This document shows, in pieces, positions 21,032 to 30,090 of a stretch of DNA of 64,000 bases (position 1 is the stretch's first letter; each line of letters begins with the position of its first letter). This stretch comes from Nannocystales bacterium (GTDB taxonomy: Bacteria > Myxococcota_A > Polyangia > Nannocystales > Nannocystaceae): the NCBI GenBank assembly GCA_050633305.1, contig JBOEGF010000006.1:64001-128000 (forward strand), given 5' to 3'. Both the position numbers and the translations under genes were made by a program. Under the pieces are notes generated by a model. That model had not been told where the DNA came from and searched no databases. It was given only the letters and a program-made list of their open reading frames with translations.

Positions 21032-21892
21032 CTAACGCGACGGCGCGGCTCCCAGATCCGAGACCGCCGCGAGCTTGGCCCGGATCGCGTCCCGCATCGC
21101 ATCCGCCTGAATCGGATCCGCGGTCGGCGGAAACTCGACCGTGGGGTCCTCGGCCATGTCCAAACATGCCTCGAGATCGCCGCGGGCCTGCTCGCGGTCG
21201 GCCTGCCCGGCGTCCGCGGGCAACAGCGCCGCCCGGTTGAACAGCGCCTCGGCCCGCATCCCCCCCTGCGCACCCCGCTCGAGAACCTCGCCGAACGTGT
21301 TGCGAGCGTGATGGGGTCGCCCAATCGCGCCGTTGGCCTGGCCGGCTCCATGCACGGCCCACAACAAGCTCGGGTCCAGACGGCGCGCGTCTTCGAAACA
21401 CGCGAGGGCGACGAGCGGCGTCCTCGGCAGGAGTTCGAACCCGCGAGCACAGTACGCCTGCGCCGCGTTGGCCGAAGCGTCACGCTCACGTGCTTGCTCG
21501 GACTGCGCCCGAGCAAGCAACCCCTTCGCGTCCTGGACCCCCGCAGCAGCCGAGATCTCCAAGTGCACGACTGCGGCCGGCGACTCTCGGATCTCCAGCA
21601 GCGCCGAGCCGCGGTTGAAGTGCGCACGGAGCATGTCCTCATCGGGCTCCGCGAGCGCAATCGCAATCCCGAGATCGTCGACGGCCCCCGTCATGTTCCC
21701 GAGAATGGCGCGAACACTCCCACGCTCGAGGTAGCCCTGCGGGTGCAACGGAAACATCCGGATCGCTTGGGCGTACGCCTCATGGGCTGCCTTTAGAGAC
21801 TCGGCGTTCGCATGCCGGCGCCCGGCGTTGATCAAGTCAGCAAACGCCGCGGTAGCAGCAGCGAACGTCTCGGGATCGGGGGCCTCGACCAT
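21032..21892 (-). CDS. Tetratricopeptide-repeat protein
   Basis: TPR-like units (AYAQAIRMFP...GYLERG, AHFNRG, FEDARRLDP, ALFNRA). Confidence 0.8.
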   Translation of the reverse strand: MVEAPDPETFAAATAAFADLINAGRRHANAESLKAAHEAYAQAIRMFPLHPQGYLERGSVRAILGNMTGAVDDLGIAIALAEPDEDMLRAHFNRGSALLEIRESPAAVVHLEISAAAGVQDAKGLLARAQSEQARERDASANAAQAYCARGFELLPRTPLVALACFEDARRLDPSLLWAVHGAGQANGAIGRPHHARNTFGEVLERGAQGGMRAEALFNRAALLPADAGQADREQARGDLEACLDMAEDPTVEFPPTADPIQADAMRDAIRAKLAAVSDLGAAPSR

Positions 21893-21931
21893 CGCCCGAT
21901 GGTACCCGACGCCTGGTCCCCGGATCCGGGG

Positions 21932-23989
21932 TCAGTCCCGACTGAGTCGCAGCCCATTGGCGCGCAGCGTGCCCGCCCCGACCGCACCCAGACCGACCGC
22001 CACCGTCTCCGCCCCGGCCCACGGACACCGGGCAAACGCATCGCCATCGACACGAACGTCGATCGCACGTGGAGAGACCACCACACTCACGTTGTGACCG
22101 ACGCCCGCGAAGTTCACGCCTTCGTCCGCGCACGTGACCTCGACGGCGGTCCCGTCCGCCTCACGAACGAGAAGCCGCACCGCGTCGGTGTCGAGCGCGA
22201 GTTCGGTCCGGGCGATCGCACCTCGCGAGAACACAACGTGCAATGACGGGGTCCCGTTGAGCGCTTCGTAGGCGCCTTCAAACACGAAACGACGACTCCG
22301 GAACCCTCGGAAGTGCACCCACGTGGAGGCGAAGTCGGTGTTCCGCTCCGGGTCGGGCTCAAGCAGCAGGGTTTGCGTCTGCACGGCCGAGCTGATCCGG
22401 ACGTCCGCATCGGTTTGGACCCCGGAGCGATCGTGCAACACCAGGGCACCACTGTCGGGTGCAGACACATCCGGCGTACCCTCGTCGGGACCGTCGAGAA
22501 GCGGCCGAAAGCGGGTGACCACGGGGACGGCCAGTGACCCCGAGGCAGGCACGCGTCCCCCGACCGCCAGCACCGTGCCGTCGGCGAGCGCCACCATCGA
22601 CGCCCCGACCCGCGGCCCCGGAGGCTGGAACGTCCGACCAGGCTTCACCGCGGAGAGATCCACCGCATTGGCCCCGGTTCGCCCGAGGATGCCCGCGTGC
22701 AGCACGAACCGATCAACGAGAACGCGTTCCCCCCAAAGGCCGACCATCGTCCGTCGCATGGACTCCTCCGGCACCGGGAGGAAGCACGGGTCCGTCGGCT
22801 CGTCACACCAACCCGCGAGGGGCTCGACATGGTTCTGGTCCACACGCCACATCGTGCCGTCCTCAACCACCAACATGACCAATCCCCCTTCGATGAGGGC
22901 TGCGCCAACGATCTCCTGTTCACCCAGCGCCTCGAACAGCGCCGGCCCGTACGGCGTCCACCCTGGCGTTCCCGGGAGGAGCATTTCGATGTCGCGCAGT
23001 CCTTCGGCATCGTCGCCTCGACCCCCGATGGCGAACACCACCCCGTCTCGCGCGGCGAGCAGGGTGTGGCCGTAGCGCGCGTGCAGCAACGCCGGTGCGG
23101 GTGAAAAACGGAACGTCCCGCCCCCCTCCTCCACGTAATAGCCCGAGCGCAGCACGCTCGCCTCCGACGGCACGCAAGCACCGCGCTCGACATGCCCGCA
23201 GCCCCCCTGAACCAGAACGCGGCCGCCCGGGAGCGAAACCGCCCCGTGGAATGCGCGAGGACTGGCCGGCACGCCATCGACTGCCGCGAGGACCGAGGGA
23301 CCGACCTTGACGGACATCGCATCCCGATCGGCCGCGAGCCGCATGACGTCCCCCGAGGGGATCGAGTCGGCGCTTGCACCACCGACCATGACGAAGGAGC
23401 TGTCCCCGATCGCTGTCAGGGTGTGACCCACAGTGGGCTCGGGCAGCACAGCCTCCACGATGGTCACATCGGTCGTGTCGTCGCGGAGGAGTACGATCTC
23501 GTCGAGGAGCTGCCCCTGCGCTCCTTCCCCGCCAACGGCCAGCACGACGCCCGACAGCGCGACCGCCATCGCAGCGCGATCGCGGGGCTCGAGCGCACTC
23601 TGCACGGGGCAGAGTTGGTCCGGGGGCGAGAAATACACCGGCTGGGTCCCGTCTTGGGGGAGCCGCGGCGTCCGACCGACGGCGAGCACCACCGATTCCC
23701 CAAACAACCCCTCGACGGTCACCGCGTCGACGCCGGGCGGGAGTTCATCGAGGGAGGTCTCCCCACCATCGAGCAGCACGGACTCCGCCTCGGCGGCCGG
23801 CAGGTCACCGCGCGCGCGCACCCGCACAGTCGTGAGCACTTCTCCCTCCAGGCCGCATCCCCACAGGGGCGTGAGAACAGCCTCGTGCCCTTCGGCACAC
23901 CCCGCGACAAGCAGCCCAGAAAGGGCCGCAGTCACCGCCCAGGCGCCACTGTGGCCGGCAGATCGGCCACCTGCACTCGACGCGCTCAT
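21932..23989 (-). CDS. Kelch-repeat lipoprotein with C-terminal beta-sandwich
   Basis: Lipobox VAG-C; repeated R..H/A....L..G.VL.VGG Kelch/galactose-oxidase blades. Confidence 0.8.
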   Translation of the reverse strand: MSASSAGGRSAGHSGAWAVTAALSGLLVAGCAEGHEAVLTPLWGCGLEGEVLTTVRVRARGDLPAAEAESVLLDGGETSLDELPPGVDAVTVEGLFGESVVLAVGRTPRLPQDGTQPVYFSPPDQLCPVQSALEPRDRAAMAVALSGVVLAVGGEGAQGQLLDEIVLLRDDTTDVTIVEAVLPEPTVGHTLTAIGDSSFVMVGGASADSIPSGDVMRLAADRDAMSVKVGPSVLAAVDGVPASPRAFHGAVSLPGGRVLVQGGCGHVERGACVPSEASVLRSGYYVEEGGGTFRFSPAPALLHARYGHTLLAARDGVVFAIGGRGDDAEGLRDIEMLLPGTPGWTPYGPALFEALGEQEIVGAALIEGGLVMLVVEDGTMWRVDQNHVEPLAGWCDEPTDPCFLPVPEESMRRTMVGLWGERVLVDRFVLHAGILGRTGANAVDLSAVKPGRTFQPPGPRVGASMVALADGTVLAVGGRVPASGSLAVPVVTRFRPLLDGPDEGTPDVSAPDSGALVLHDRSGVQTDADVRISSAVQTQTLLLEPDPERNTDFASTWVHFRGFRSRRFVFEGAYEALNGTPSLHVVFSRGAIARTELALDTDAVRLLVREADGTAVEVTCADEGVNFAGVGHNVSVVVSPRAIDVRVDGDAFARCPWAGAETVAVGLGAVGAGTLRANGLRLSRD

Positions 23990-24016
23990 CGTTTCGTCAT
24001 GTTATCATGGCGCACG

Positions 24017-25915
24017 GTGTCGAGACTCGACGCGGACGGTGGCCTGGCGACAGCTGAGCCCGCTCGAGAGCCCCTGGGGCGCGAGTTCGGCAAGTACCGC
24101 CTCCATCGCAGGATCGCGCGTGGCGGCATGGGGGAGGTCTATCTGGCCCGACTCGTCGGGGAACTCGGATTCGAGCGAGACCTCGTCATCAAGACGATTC
24201 TCCCCGAACTGGCCGCGAAACCCCGGTTCATCGAGATGTTTGCGGCAGAGGCGAAGACCGCCGTCGCCCTGTCCCACGGAAACATCGTGCCGGCCTACGA
24301 GCTCGGTCGTACGGCTGACACCTTCTACATCGCGATGGGCTATGTCGACGGCCCGTCCGTCGCCCAGCTCCTCGAAGCCACCGAGTCGCAGGGGAAGCCG
24401 CCCAACATCGCCGCGGGCCTGCACGTGATCCGCGGGGTGCTCGCGGGGCTCTCGTATGCGCACCGCGAAGAGCCGGGGCGACCGGCGGTGGTGCACCGCG
24501 ACATCACCCCCCGAAACGTGCTCATCGCGCGGAGCGGCCAGGTCCGAATCGTGGACTTCGGCATCGCAGCCCCGGCTCGCCACCAGGCGGGAGTCCGAGC
24601 GGGTTCGATCGGCTACATGGCCCCCGAGCAAGCCCGGGGCGACGCCGCCGACCCCCGTGCAGACGTGTTCTCGGCCGGCTGCATGCTCTACGAGTTATGC
24701 ACCCATGCTCGCGCCTTCCCTACCGAGGGCGTGTGGGTAACCCCCGACCTCACCGCGGTTCCCGACGATGTCCGGGGGCCGCTGGAGCGGGCGCTCGCGA
24801 TCGACCCCGATGCCCGCTTCAAAGACGCGTCGGAGATGAACGCTGCCCTGCGCGGCTCGTTCGCCAACCACGCCGGCACCTTCGACGACGCGGCGTTGGG
24901 GCGAACCATCACCAAGCTGTTTCCCAAGGGCTGGCGCCGCGGAGAGGAAACCGGCAACGGTGAGTCCGGCGAGGGTCCCGTCCTCGATGGACCGAGCGAG
25001 ACGTACGCGACAAGGTTGACCGCGGTCACCGGCATCGAAGCGTCGTCCCTGCTCCCCGCCGACCCCGCCCAAACACCGGCGCTCGGGCAACCTCCGGTGG
25101 ACCCCGCGAGCGTGGCCGATGCGCTCACGCCCGCCGACTCCCATGCATCCGGTGCGGTCGGCTCCGAGGTCTCCGCCACGTCCACCGTTGGCCTCGCGAC
25201 GGCCGCGGACCCGCCCCCTTCACAAGAGCCGAAGGGAGGGTTCCGCGTCTCCTCGCTCGCCATGATTCTCGGAGCGCTCGCGATTGGACTCGCCGCGTTT
25301 GCCATCGGGCGAACCGATGCTCGGTCTGAGGACGATCCTCCGGTGCGTCCGCCACAAGCCGAGCGACAGGCGGTGGCCACCCAGGCCGCGGCGGACCCTG
25401 CCACGCGACCGGCGAACGAGACCGCCACCCCGCCATCGTCGACCACGGCTCCGGCGGTACACGTTCAGCAGCGCCTCGAGGTCATCCCCGCAACCGCAAC
25501 GATCAAGGTCGATGGCCGGGAGCTCGCGGGCACGTCCCCCCACCTCATCACCCTCCCCGACGAGGGCACGGTGGAGCTCCACATTTCGGCTCGGGGACGC
25601 ACGCCCAAAACCCTGACGCTCGCGGCCGCAGACGTCACCGACCAGGCGCTTCACGTGAGCCTCGAAACTCCCCCCATCAAGGTCCGGGAGCCCGGTGGCC
25701 TACGCGTGGTCGCCCCGGCCGTGGCATGGGCCGAGGTCCTCGTCGACGGCAAGAAGGTCGGCAGCACGCCAACGCGGCGGCTCTCGGTGCCCAGTGGACG
25801 CCATAAGGTCGAGGTCCGCTGTGTCCCCGATGTCTGCACCCCCGCGCGAACGTTGTATCGGCAGACCGTGACGATTGAGCCCGGCAAGACCTCTCGGGTC
25901 GACGCCCGCGGCTAG
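24017..25915 (+). CDS. Membrane Ser/Thr protein kinase (Pkn) with C-terminal PEGA-like domains
   Basis: IARGGMGEVYLA, VIK, HRDITPRN, DFG, YMAPEQ, DVFSAG; TM segment; PEGA-like WAEVLVDGKKVGSTP...G.H.VEV. Confidence 0.92.
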   Translation: MSRLDADGGLATAEPAREPLGREFGKYRLHRRIARGGMGEVYLARLVGELGFERDLVIKTILPELAAKPRFIEMFAAEAKTAVALSHGNIVPAYELGRTADTFYIAMGYVDGPSVAQLLEATESQGKPPNIAAGLHVIRGVLAGLSYAHREEPGRPAVVHRDITPRNVLIARSGQVRIVDFGIAAPARHQAGVRAGSIGYMAPEQARGDAADPRADVFSAGCMLYELCTHARAFPTEGVWVTPDLTAVPDDVRGPLERALAIDPDARFKDASEMNAALRGSFANHAGTFDDAALGRTITKLFPKGWRRGEETGNGESGEGPVLDGPSETYATRLTAVTGIEASSLLPADPAQTPALGQPPVDPASVADALTPADSHASGAVGSEVSATSTVGLATAADPPPSQEPKGGFRVSSLAMILGALAIGLAAFAIGRTDARSEDDPPVRPPQAERQAVATQAAADPATRPANETATPPSSTTAPAVHVQQRLEVIPATATIKVDGRELAGTSPHLITLPDEGTVELHISARGRTPKTLTLAAADVTDQALHVSLETPPIKVREPGGLRVVAPAVAWAEVLVDGKKVGSTPTRRLSVPSGRHKVEVRCVPDVCTPARTLYRQTVTIEPGKTSRVDARG

Positions 25916-25961
25916 GGACACTCCTCGACGCGGAGCTGTGCGTGGGCTCCGAGAGCCCGGC

Positions 25962-27191
25962 TCAAGGCCGCAAGAAGTCGTCTGTCACCACGACGGACGA
26001 CGGCGTATCTCGGGTTCCAAGCACCACCCCGGTGGTCACCGCACCGGCAACCACACCGCCGACGACCACCCAGATCCAGGCCCGACGGAACCAGGGTTTC
26101 GCCGGCCTCGTATCGTCCCCCACCGAGGGGGGATTGCGCCGAGCCACTCGCGGCTCGAGCGTGGGCACGGGCTCAGGAACCGGCTCCGGCCACGGTGCGG
26201 CGTCCAGCAAGACCCCACGCTTCTTGTCGAAGCTCTGCGGATCCCAACTCGCATCCTGCAGCGAGACGAGCGCTTCGGGTCCGTCCGAGCGTGACTCCGA
26301 ATACCAAGGGACGCCGAAGTCCCCGCCACACGCGTACGCCTGAACTCCGATCCGTCCTTCCCTGACCCGAGCAAGTACCAAGACGTCGAGTTCCAGCCGA
26401 TCGCAGATCTGCTCCGCCTCCGCTTGAGTCCTGGGCAATCCCGCAGGAAGCGTGACCTCAGGAACCTCCAGCACGATCGATCCACCGTCGAACACGGCGG
26501 ACTGCGAGACCGCGCCAGGCCAATGCACCACGACGAAGTGCTCGCCGGGCGGAACCGGTCTCATCCCGTCGATCCCGTCGATCTCGATCTGCGCGCCGCT
26601 CTCGGAGAACCCCTCGAACGTCGGCGACCGCCAAACGTCGCGGTGCGCGAGAACTTGCGTACGCACCGCTTCGTACGAGGCGATGACATCGGGCGGGACT
26701 TCTCGGCCCGAGAGCATCGCATCGGGGTCGACCGCGATCGCGGCCCGCCACGCGGACTCGGTCCGTTCGTCGTCGGCCAGCGTCCAGGCGATGCGGCCGT
26801 GAAGGACATGGAGTTGCCACGCCATCGACGACGCCATGGGCAACCCCGGCCGCTGCCGCAGACGGTCCAGCACCACATCGGCCTGCGACGCCGCGGCCTG
26901 CGGGTCGCCGGCCCGAAACTGCGCCGCGGCGAGGTCCACCCGCGCCTGCAAGTCCGAGATCTCGCGAGCCGCATCCGAGGGGAGCCGGTAGGAATCGAGT
27001 CGGCGGGCCTCGACGATCGCGTCCTGTAGGACCTGCTCGGGCGGCACGCCCACCGCGTTGCCGATCGCGCGAGCCACCCGTTGCTGGTCCGCCGGTTCCA
27101 CCGTAGCCTGCTCGTGCCACGCCAAACCGACCCGGGCCGAGGGACCGGGCGGCGCGAAGGCGAGCCAAGTTGCGATGGCGAAGGACACCAA
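25962..27191 (-). CDS. Secreted protein with TPR-like/PEGA-like region and C-terminal membrane anchor
   Basis: Signal-like start (LVSFAIATWLAFAP), AWRAAIAVDP, IEIDG...PGEH.V.V, C-terminal KPWFRRAWIWVVVGGVVAGAV. Start approximate. Confidence 0.7.
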   Translation of the reverse strand: MVSFAIATWLAFAPPGPSARVGLAWHEQATVEPADQQRVARAIGNAVGVPPEQVLQDAIVEARRLDSYRLPSDAAREISDLQARVDLAAAQFRAGDPQAAASQADVVLDRLRQRPGLPMASSMAWQLHVLHGRIAWTLADDERTESAWRAAIAVDPDAMLSGREVPPDVIASYEAVRTQVLAHRDVWRSPTFEGFSESGAQIEIDGIDGMRPVPPGEHFVVVHWPGAVSQSAVFDGGSIVLEVPEVTLPAGLPRTQAEAEQICDRLELDVLVLARVREGRIGVQAYACGGDFGVPWYSESRSDGPEALVSLQDASWDPQSFDKKRGVLLDAAPWPEPVPEPVPTLEPRVARRNPPSVGDDTRPAKPWFRRAWIWVVVGGVVAGAVTTGVVLGTRDTPSSVVVTDDFLRP

Positions 27192-27225
27192 GGAACTCCC
27201 CGACGATAGCCCCTCGAGTCGGTCC

Positions 27226-28443
27226 GTGGCCAAGCCGAAGCTCCGTCGAATCGAACGAGTTGAGCAAATCCTGGAGGGAGAACGCGTGCTCATCCTGCGC
27301 GATCCCATGGGCGTTGCAGAGAGCTTCGCCCTCGACGCTGAGTTCGCCCCGGTCCTCGACCTCCTCGACGGCACGCGGACGGTGCTCCAGGTACGCCAAT
27401 CTCTGAGTATGCGAGGCGTGCTCGACCTGCCTGCCGACGAACTCGCTGCGTTCGTCGACAGCCTCGCCGAAGAGGGCTGGCTGGACGACGACCGATTTAG
27501 AGACCAGTGGGCGGACCTCCACGCCGAGTTTCTGGAGGAGGATCCCCGACGGCCTCGGTTCGCGGGGGTCTTGTATCCGGAAGACCCGACCGAGCTCGCG
27601 GGCGCATTCGCGGGAGTCCTCGGTCCCGAGCCCCGGACCGACGACAACAGCCAAGTTGTCGGGGTCATGGTCCCGCACGGCCCGTTGGATCTGGTCGGAG
27701 ACGTCCTCGCTCAAACCCTCGTCGGTCTACCGCCCGCCGAGGCGCTGGACTGCGTTGTCATTCTCGGGACCGACCACGGTCCGGGACTGCTCCCGTTTGC
27801 CGCCGCATGCCGAGGGTTCGAGACGCCGCTGGGTCCCGTCCCCGCGCATATGGAGCTTCTCGAGGGGCTCGATCAACGTCTCGAGTGGGCGTTTCGCGAA
27901 GAGGTCCGCCATCGGAGTGCACACAGCATCGAGCTGTCGGCGGTCACCCTGCGCGCCCTGTACGGCGACGCAGTCCCGCCGATCGTTCCCGTGCTGTGCG
28001 GCGCTGGGGTCCTTCGGGCGCGCGACACCGAGGCCGCAGAGCGGTTCATCGATGCGCTCGAACAGCTGCTTCTTGGGAAACGCGTGCTTTTGTGGGGAAG
28101 TGCCGAATTGAGCCATGGCGGCGTCGCCTACGGACGCCCGGCCCTGGACGACGCCGGGGCCCAAGCCCTCGAAGACCGCGACCGCGACTGCCTCGAGGAT
28201 CTGATCCACGCCCGCCACTCGGCCCTCGCACGCAAGTGCACGCAGGACCACCCGCAGGGTCGACCCAGCGGGGGCGCCGTCCTCAGCACCCTTCGCCAGC
28301 TCCTCCCCGAGGCGCGCGTCGAAGTCAGCACCTACCGGGCTGCATCCATCGACCCCGTCGAAACCACGAACAAGCCCGACGAGCGCGACCGAGGTCGGAG
28401 CTTCGCCGGGCTTGCAGGCGTTCGATTGTTCGCAAGGCCTTGA
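27226..28443 (+). CDS. MEMO1-family protein (AmmeMemoRadiSam protein B) with N-terminal winged-helix extension
   Basis: AGVLYP, VPH, ILGTDH, FETPLG, H.SAHSIE, PIVPVLCG, ELSH. Start GTG 27226 or ATG 27175. Confidence 0.85.
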   Translation: MAKPKLRRIERVEQILEGERVLILRDPMGVAESFALDAEFAPVLDLLDGTRTVLQVRQSLSMRGVLDLPADELAAFVDSLAEEGWLDDDRFRDQWADLHAEFLEEDPRRPRFAGVLYPEDPTELAGAFAGVLGPEPRTDDNSQVVGVMVPHGPLDLVGDVLAQTLVGLPPAEALDCVVILGTDHGPGLLPFAAACRGFETPLGPVPAHMELLEGLDQRLEWAFREEVRHRSAHSIELSAVTLRALYGDAVPPIVPVLCGAGVLRARDTEAAERFIDALEQLLLGKRVLLWGSAELSHGGVAYGRPALDDAGAQALEDRDRDCLEDLIHARHSALARKCTQDHPQGRPSGGAVLSTLRQLLPEARVEVSTYRAASIDPVETTNKPDERDRGRSFAGLAGVRLFARP

Positions 28444-28466
28444 GACCTGCCGAGTCCGAGTGAGAC

Positions 28467-29126
28467 CTAGAGGCTCGGAGGCGTCGGCGTTGGCTCGGCG
28501 GTCACCGTTTCGGTGGCCACGGCCGTCGCGGGCATCGTCCCGCCCAGCATCGTGAGGATCGTTTGTGCGGCATCCTCGGCGCGGATCGGGAGCTTGCCCT
28601 CCGCATGGGTCGCGCTCTGGTTCGCGAGGCCCTGGACCAGGGCAAGGACGCAGTGCGAGAGATGCTCAGCGTTCCCCTGAGTGAACACGCCTTCCTTCAT
28701 GCCTCGGGCGATAACGCCCTCGTACAACGCACGCATCACGCGGAACGCTTTGTCGAGCGACTCGCGGAACGTGGGATCTTGCGGCGCCATCGAAAGCAGG
28801 AGGTGAGCAAGACGGGTCTCGTCGGGCTCGTCCTCAACCGTCCTGAGATGGGCCACCAACAGCCTCGACAGCGTGTGGTCCGCTGGTTGGTCGGCCACTG
28901 GTTCAAACGACCAGCGGGCTTCTAGCGTCTTGAGCTGGCTCTCCAGAATGTCGTGGAAGAGTGCCTCCTTGGCCCGATAGTGAAAGTAGACGCCACCTTT
29001 GCTCAGGCCAGCTTCACGGGCGATGTCCAAGAGCCGCGTTGCGGCAAAGCCACGTCGCACGAAGCACCGAGTCGCGGCGGCTCGGATCTGCTGTTTTCTC
29101 CACTCGTCACTTCTTTGTCGGGTCAC
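28467..29126 (-). CDS. TetR/AcrR family transcriptional regulator
   Basis: RKQQIRAAATRCFVRRGFAATRLLDIAREAGLSKGGVYFHY HTH; AAGGA SD before GTG 29126. Confidence 0.93.
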   Translation of the reverse strand: MTRQRSDEWRKQQIRAAATRCFVRRGFAATRLLDIAREAGLSKGGVYFHYRAKEALFHDILESQLKTLEARWSFEPVADQPADHTLSRLLVAHLRTVEDEPDETRLAHLLLSMAPQDPTFRESLDKAFRVMRALYEGVIARGMKEGVFTQGNAEHLSHCVLALVQGLANQSATHAEGKLPIRAEDAAQTILTMLGGTMPATAVATETVTAEPTPTPPSL

Positions 29127-29209
29127 TGAACAATCCTTGCGTTGGCGCCCGGGGCACAATGCCCCGACGCACCGACAAAATACGCGCTGCGCCCCAACAC
29201 TCGTCCAAC

Positions 29210-29317
29210 AAAAATAACAGAGGCCCCTGCAACGTCGTTCCGACTGGCCGGAACAACGGTCCGCGGGAAACACGCAACAGGGGTCCAAGGCCCCCAGTTC
29301 GATTCAGGGGTCCTCTG
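29210..29317 (-). ncRNA. Candidate structured RNA (TetR leader or sRNA)
   Basis: Several helices that need G-U pairs available only on the minus strand, followed by a UUAUUUUU tract. No known family recognised. Confidence 0.45.
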
Positions 29318-29454
29318 ACTCTAGGTCCGGTAACCCAAGACACTCCCCGATGCCGGGATGCTCGGAGGCCGGGTTGACAGGCTTGGCAGCGCGACCATGA
29401 ATAGGGATTCTGCGCCGGCCGTCTCACGGCAACTCAGAGGGACGACTACACATC

Positions 29455-30030
29455 ATGAAGCTCATTCAACGCACGCTCAGCCCCGCCTCCATGGTCGCCA
29501 TCTTCGCAATGGCGCTGGGCGGTTGTTCCTTTCACGCCGGCAGCAGCAGCAGCAGCGCCCCCCGCTCCAAGGCCCCGGCCTCGAAAGCTCCGGCGTCCAA
29601 GTCCCGGGCTTCCACGGCACCATCCTCCGAGCGCGCCTCGACGGCGCCATCGTCCAAGGCTCCGGCCTCCAAGGCTCCGGCCTCCAAGGCTCCGGTTCGC
29701 GCCAACCCGAGCGACAACAGCCCGAAGCGCGCCAACCCCAAGGCAGGCAATGACGCGGTCCGAGCCAACCCCAAGTCGGGTGCCAAGCGGGCCAACCCCA
29801 AGTCGGGTGCCAAGCGGGCCAACCCCAAGTCGGGTGCCAAGCGGGCCAACCCCAAGGCCGGCTCCGGTGCGGTGCGTGCAAACCCGGAGAGCAAGGCCAA
29901 GCGGGCCAACCCCAACACGGAGAGCAAGCGGGCCAACCCCAAGAAGAAGTCGGGCTCCAACACGGTCAAGGCCAACCCGAAGTCCTCCACGCCCAAGTCG
30001 GGCTCCAGCACGATGAAGGCGCCGAACTAA
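29455..30030 (+). CDS. Basic low-complexity lipoprotein with SKAPA and ten (R/K)ANP repeats
   Basis: AGAGG SD; lipobox LGG-C; K/S/A/P-rich repeats; TTGACA upstream at 29374. Confidence 0.8.
   Translation: MKLIQRTLSPASMVAIFAMALGGCSFHAGSSSSSAPRSKAPASKAPASKSRASTAPSSERASTAPSSKAPASKAPASKAPVRANPSDNSPKRANPKAGNDAVRANPKSGAKRANPKSGAKRANPKSGAKRANPKAGSGAVRANPESKAKRANPNTESKRANPKKKSGSNTVKANPKSSTPKSGSSTMKAPN
29764..29856 (+). repeat. 27-bp coding tandem repeat, about 3.4 copies
   Basis: GCCAACCCCAAGTCGGGTGCCAAGCGG x3 plus a partial copy (ANPKSGAKR). Confidence 0.95.
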
Positions 30031-30090
30031 GCACCCGATTCGCAAGTCCGTTTCGCGCCGCATCCCAGCTCGGGTTGCGGCGCGACGCTT

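Noticed and set aside
29289..29313. tRNA or tRNA fragment (GTTCGATTC T-loop-like)
   Set aside because: The T-stem has a mismatch and no D-arm, anticodon arm or CCA can be built; G-U pairs favour the opposite strand.
27226..30030. Bona fide RiPP cluster (RRE-like domain plus multi-core precursor)
   Set aside because: The repeat protein has a lipobox rather than a leader peptide, and no recognised maturase or peptidase is nearby. Kept only as a speculative module.
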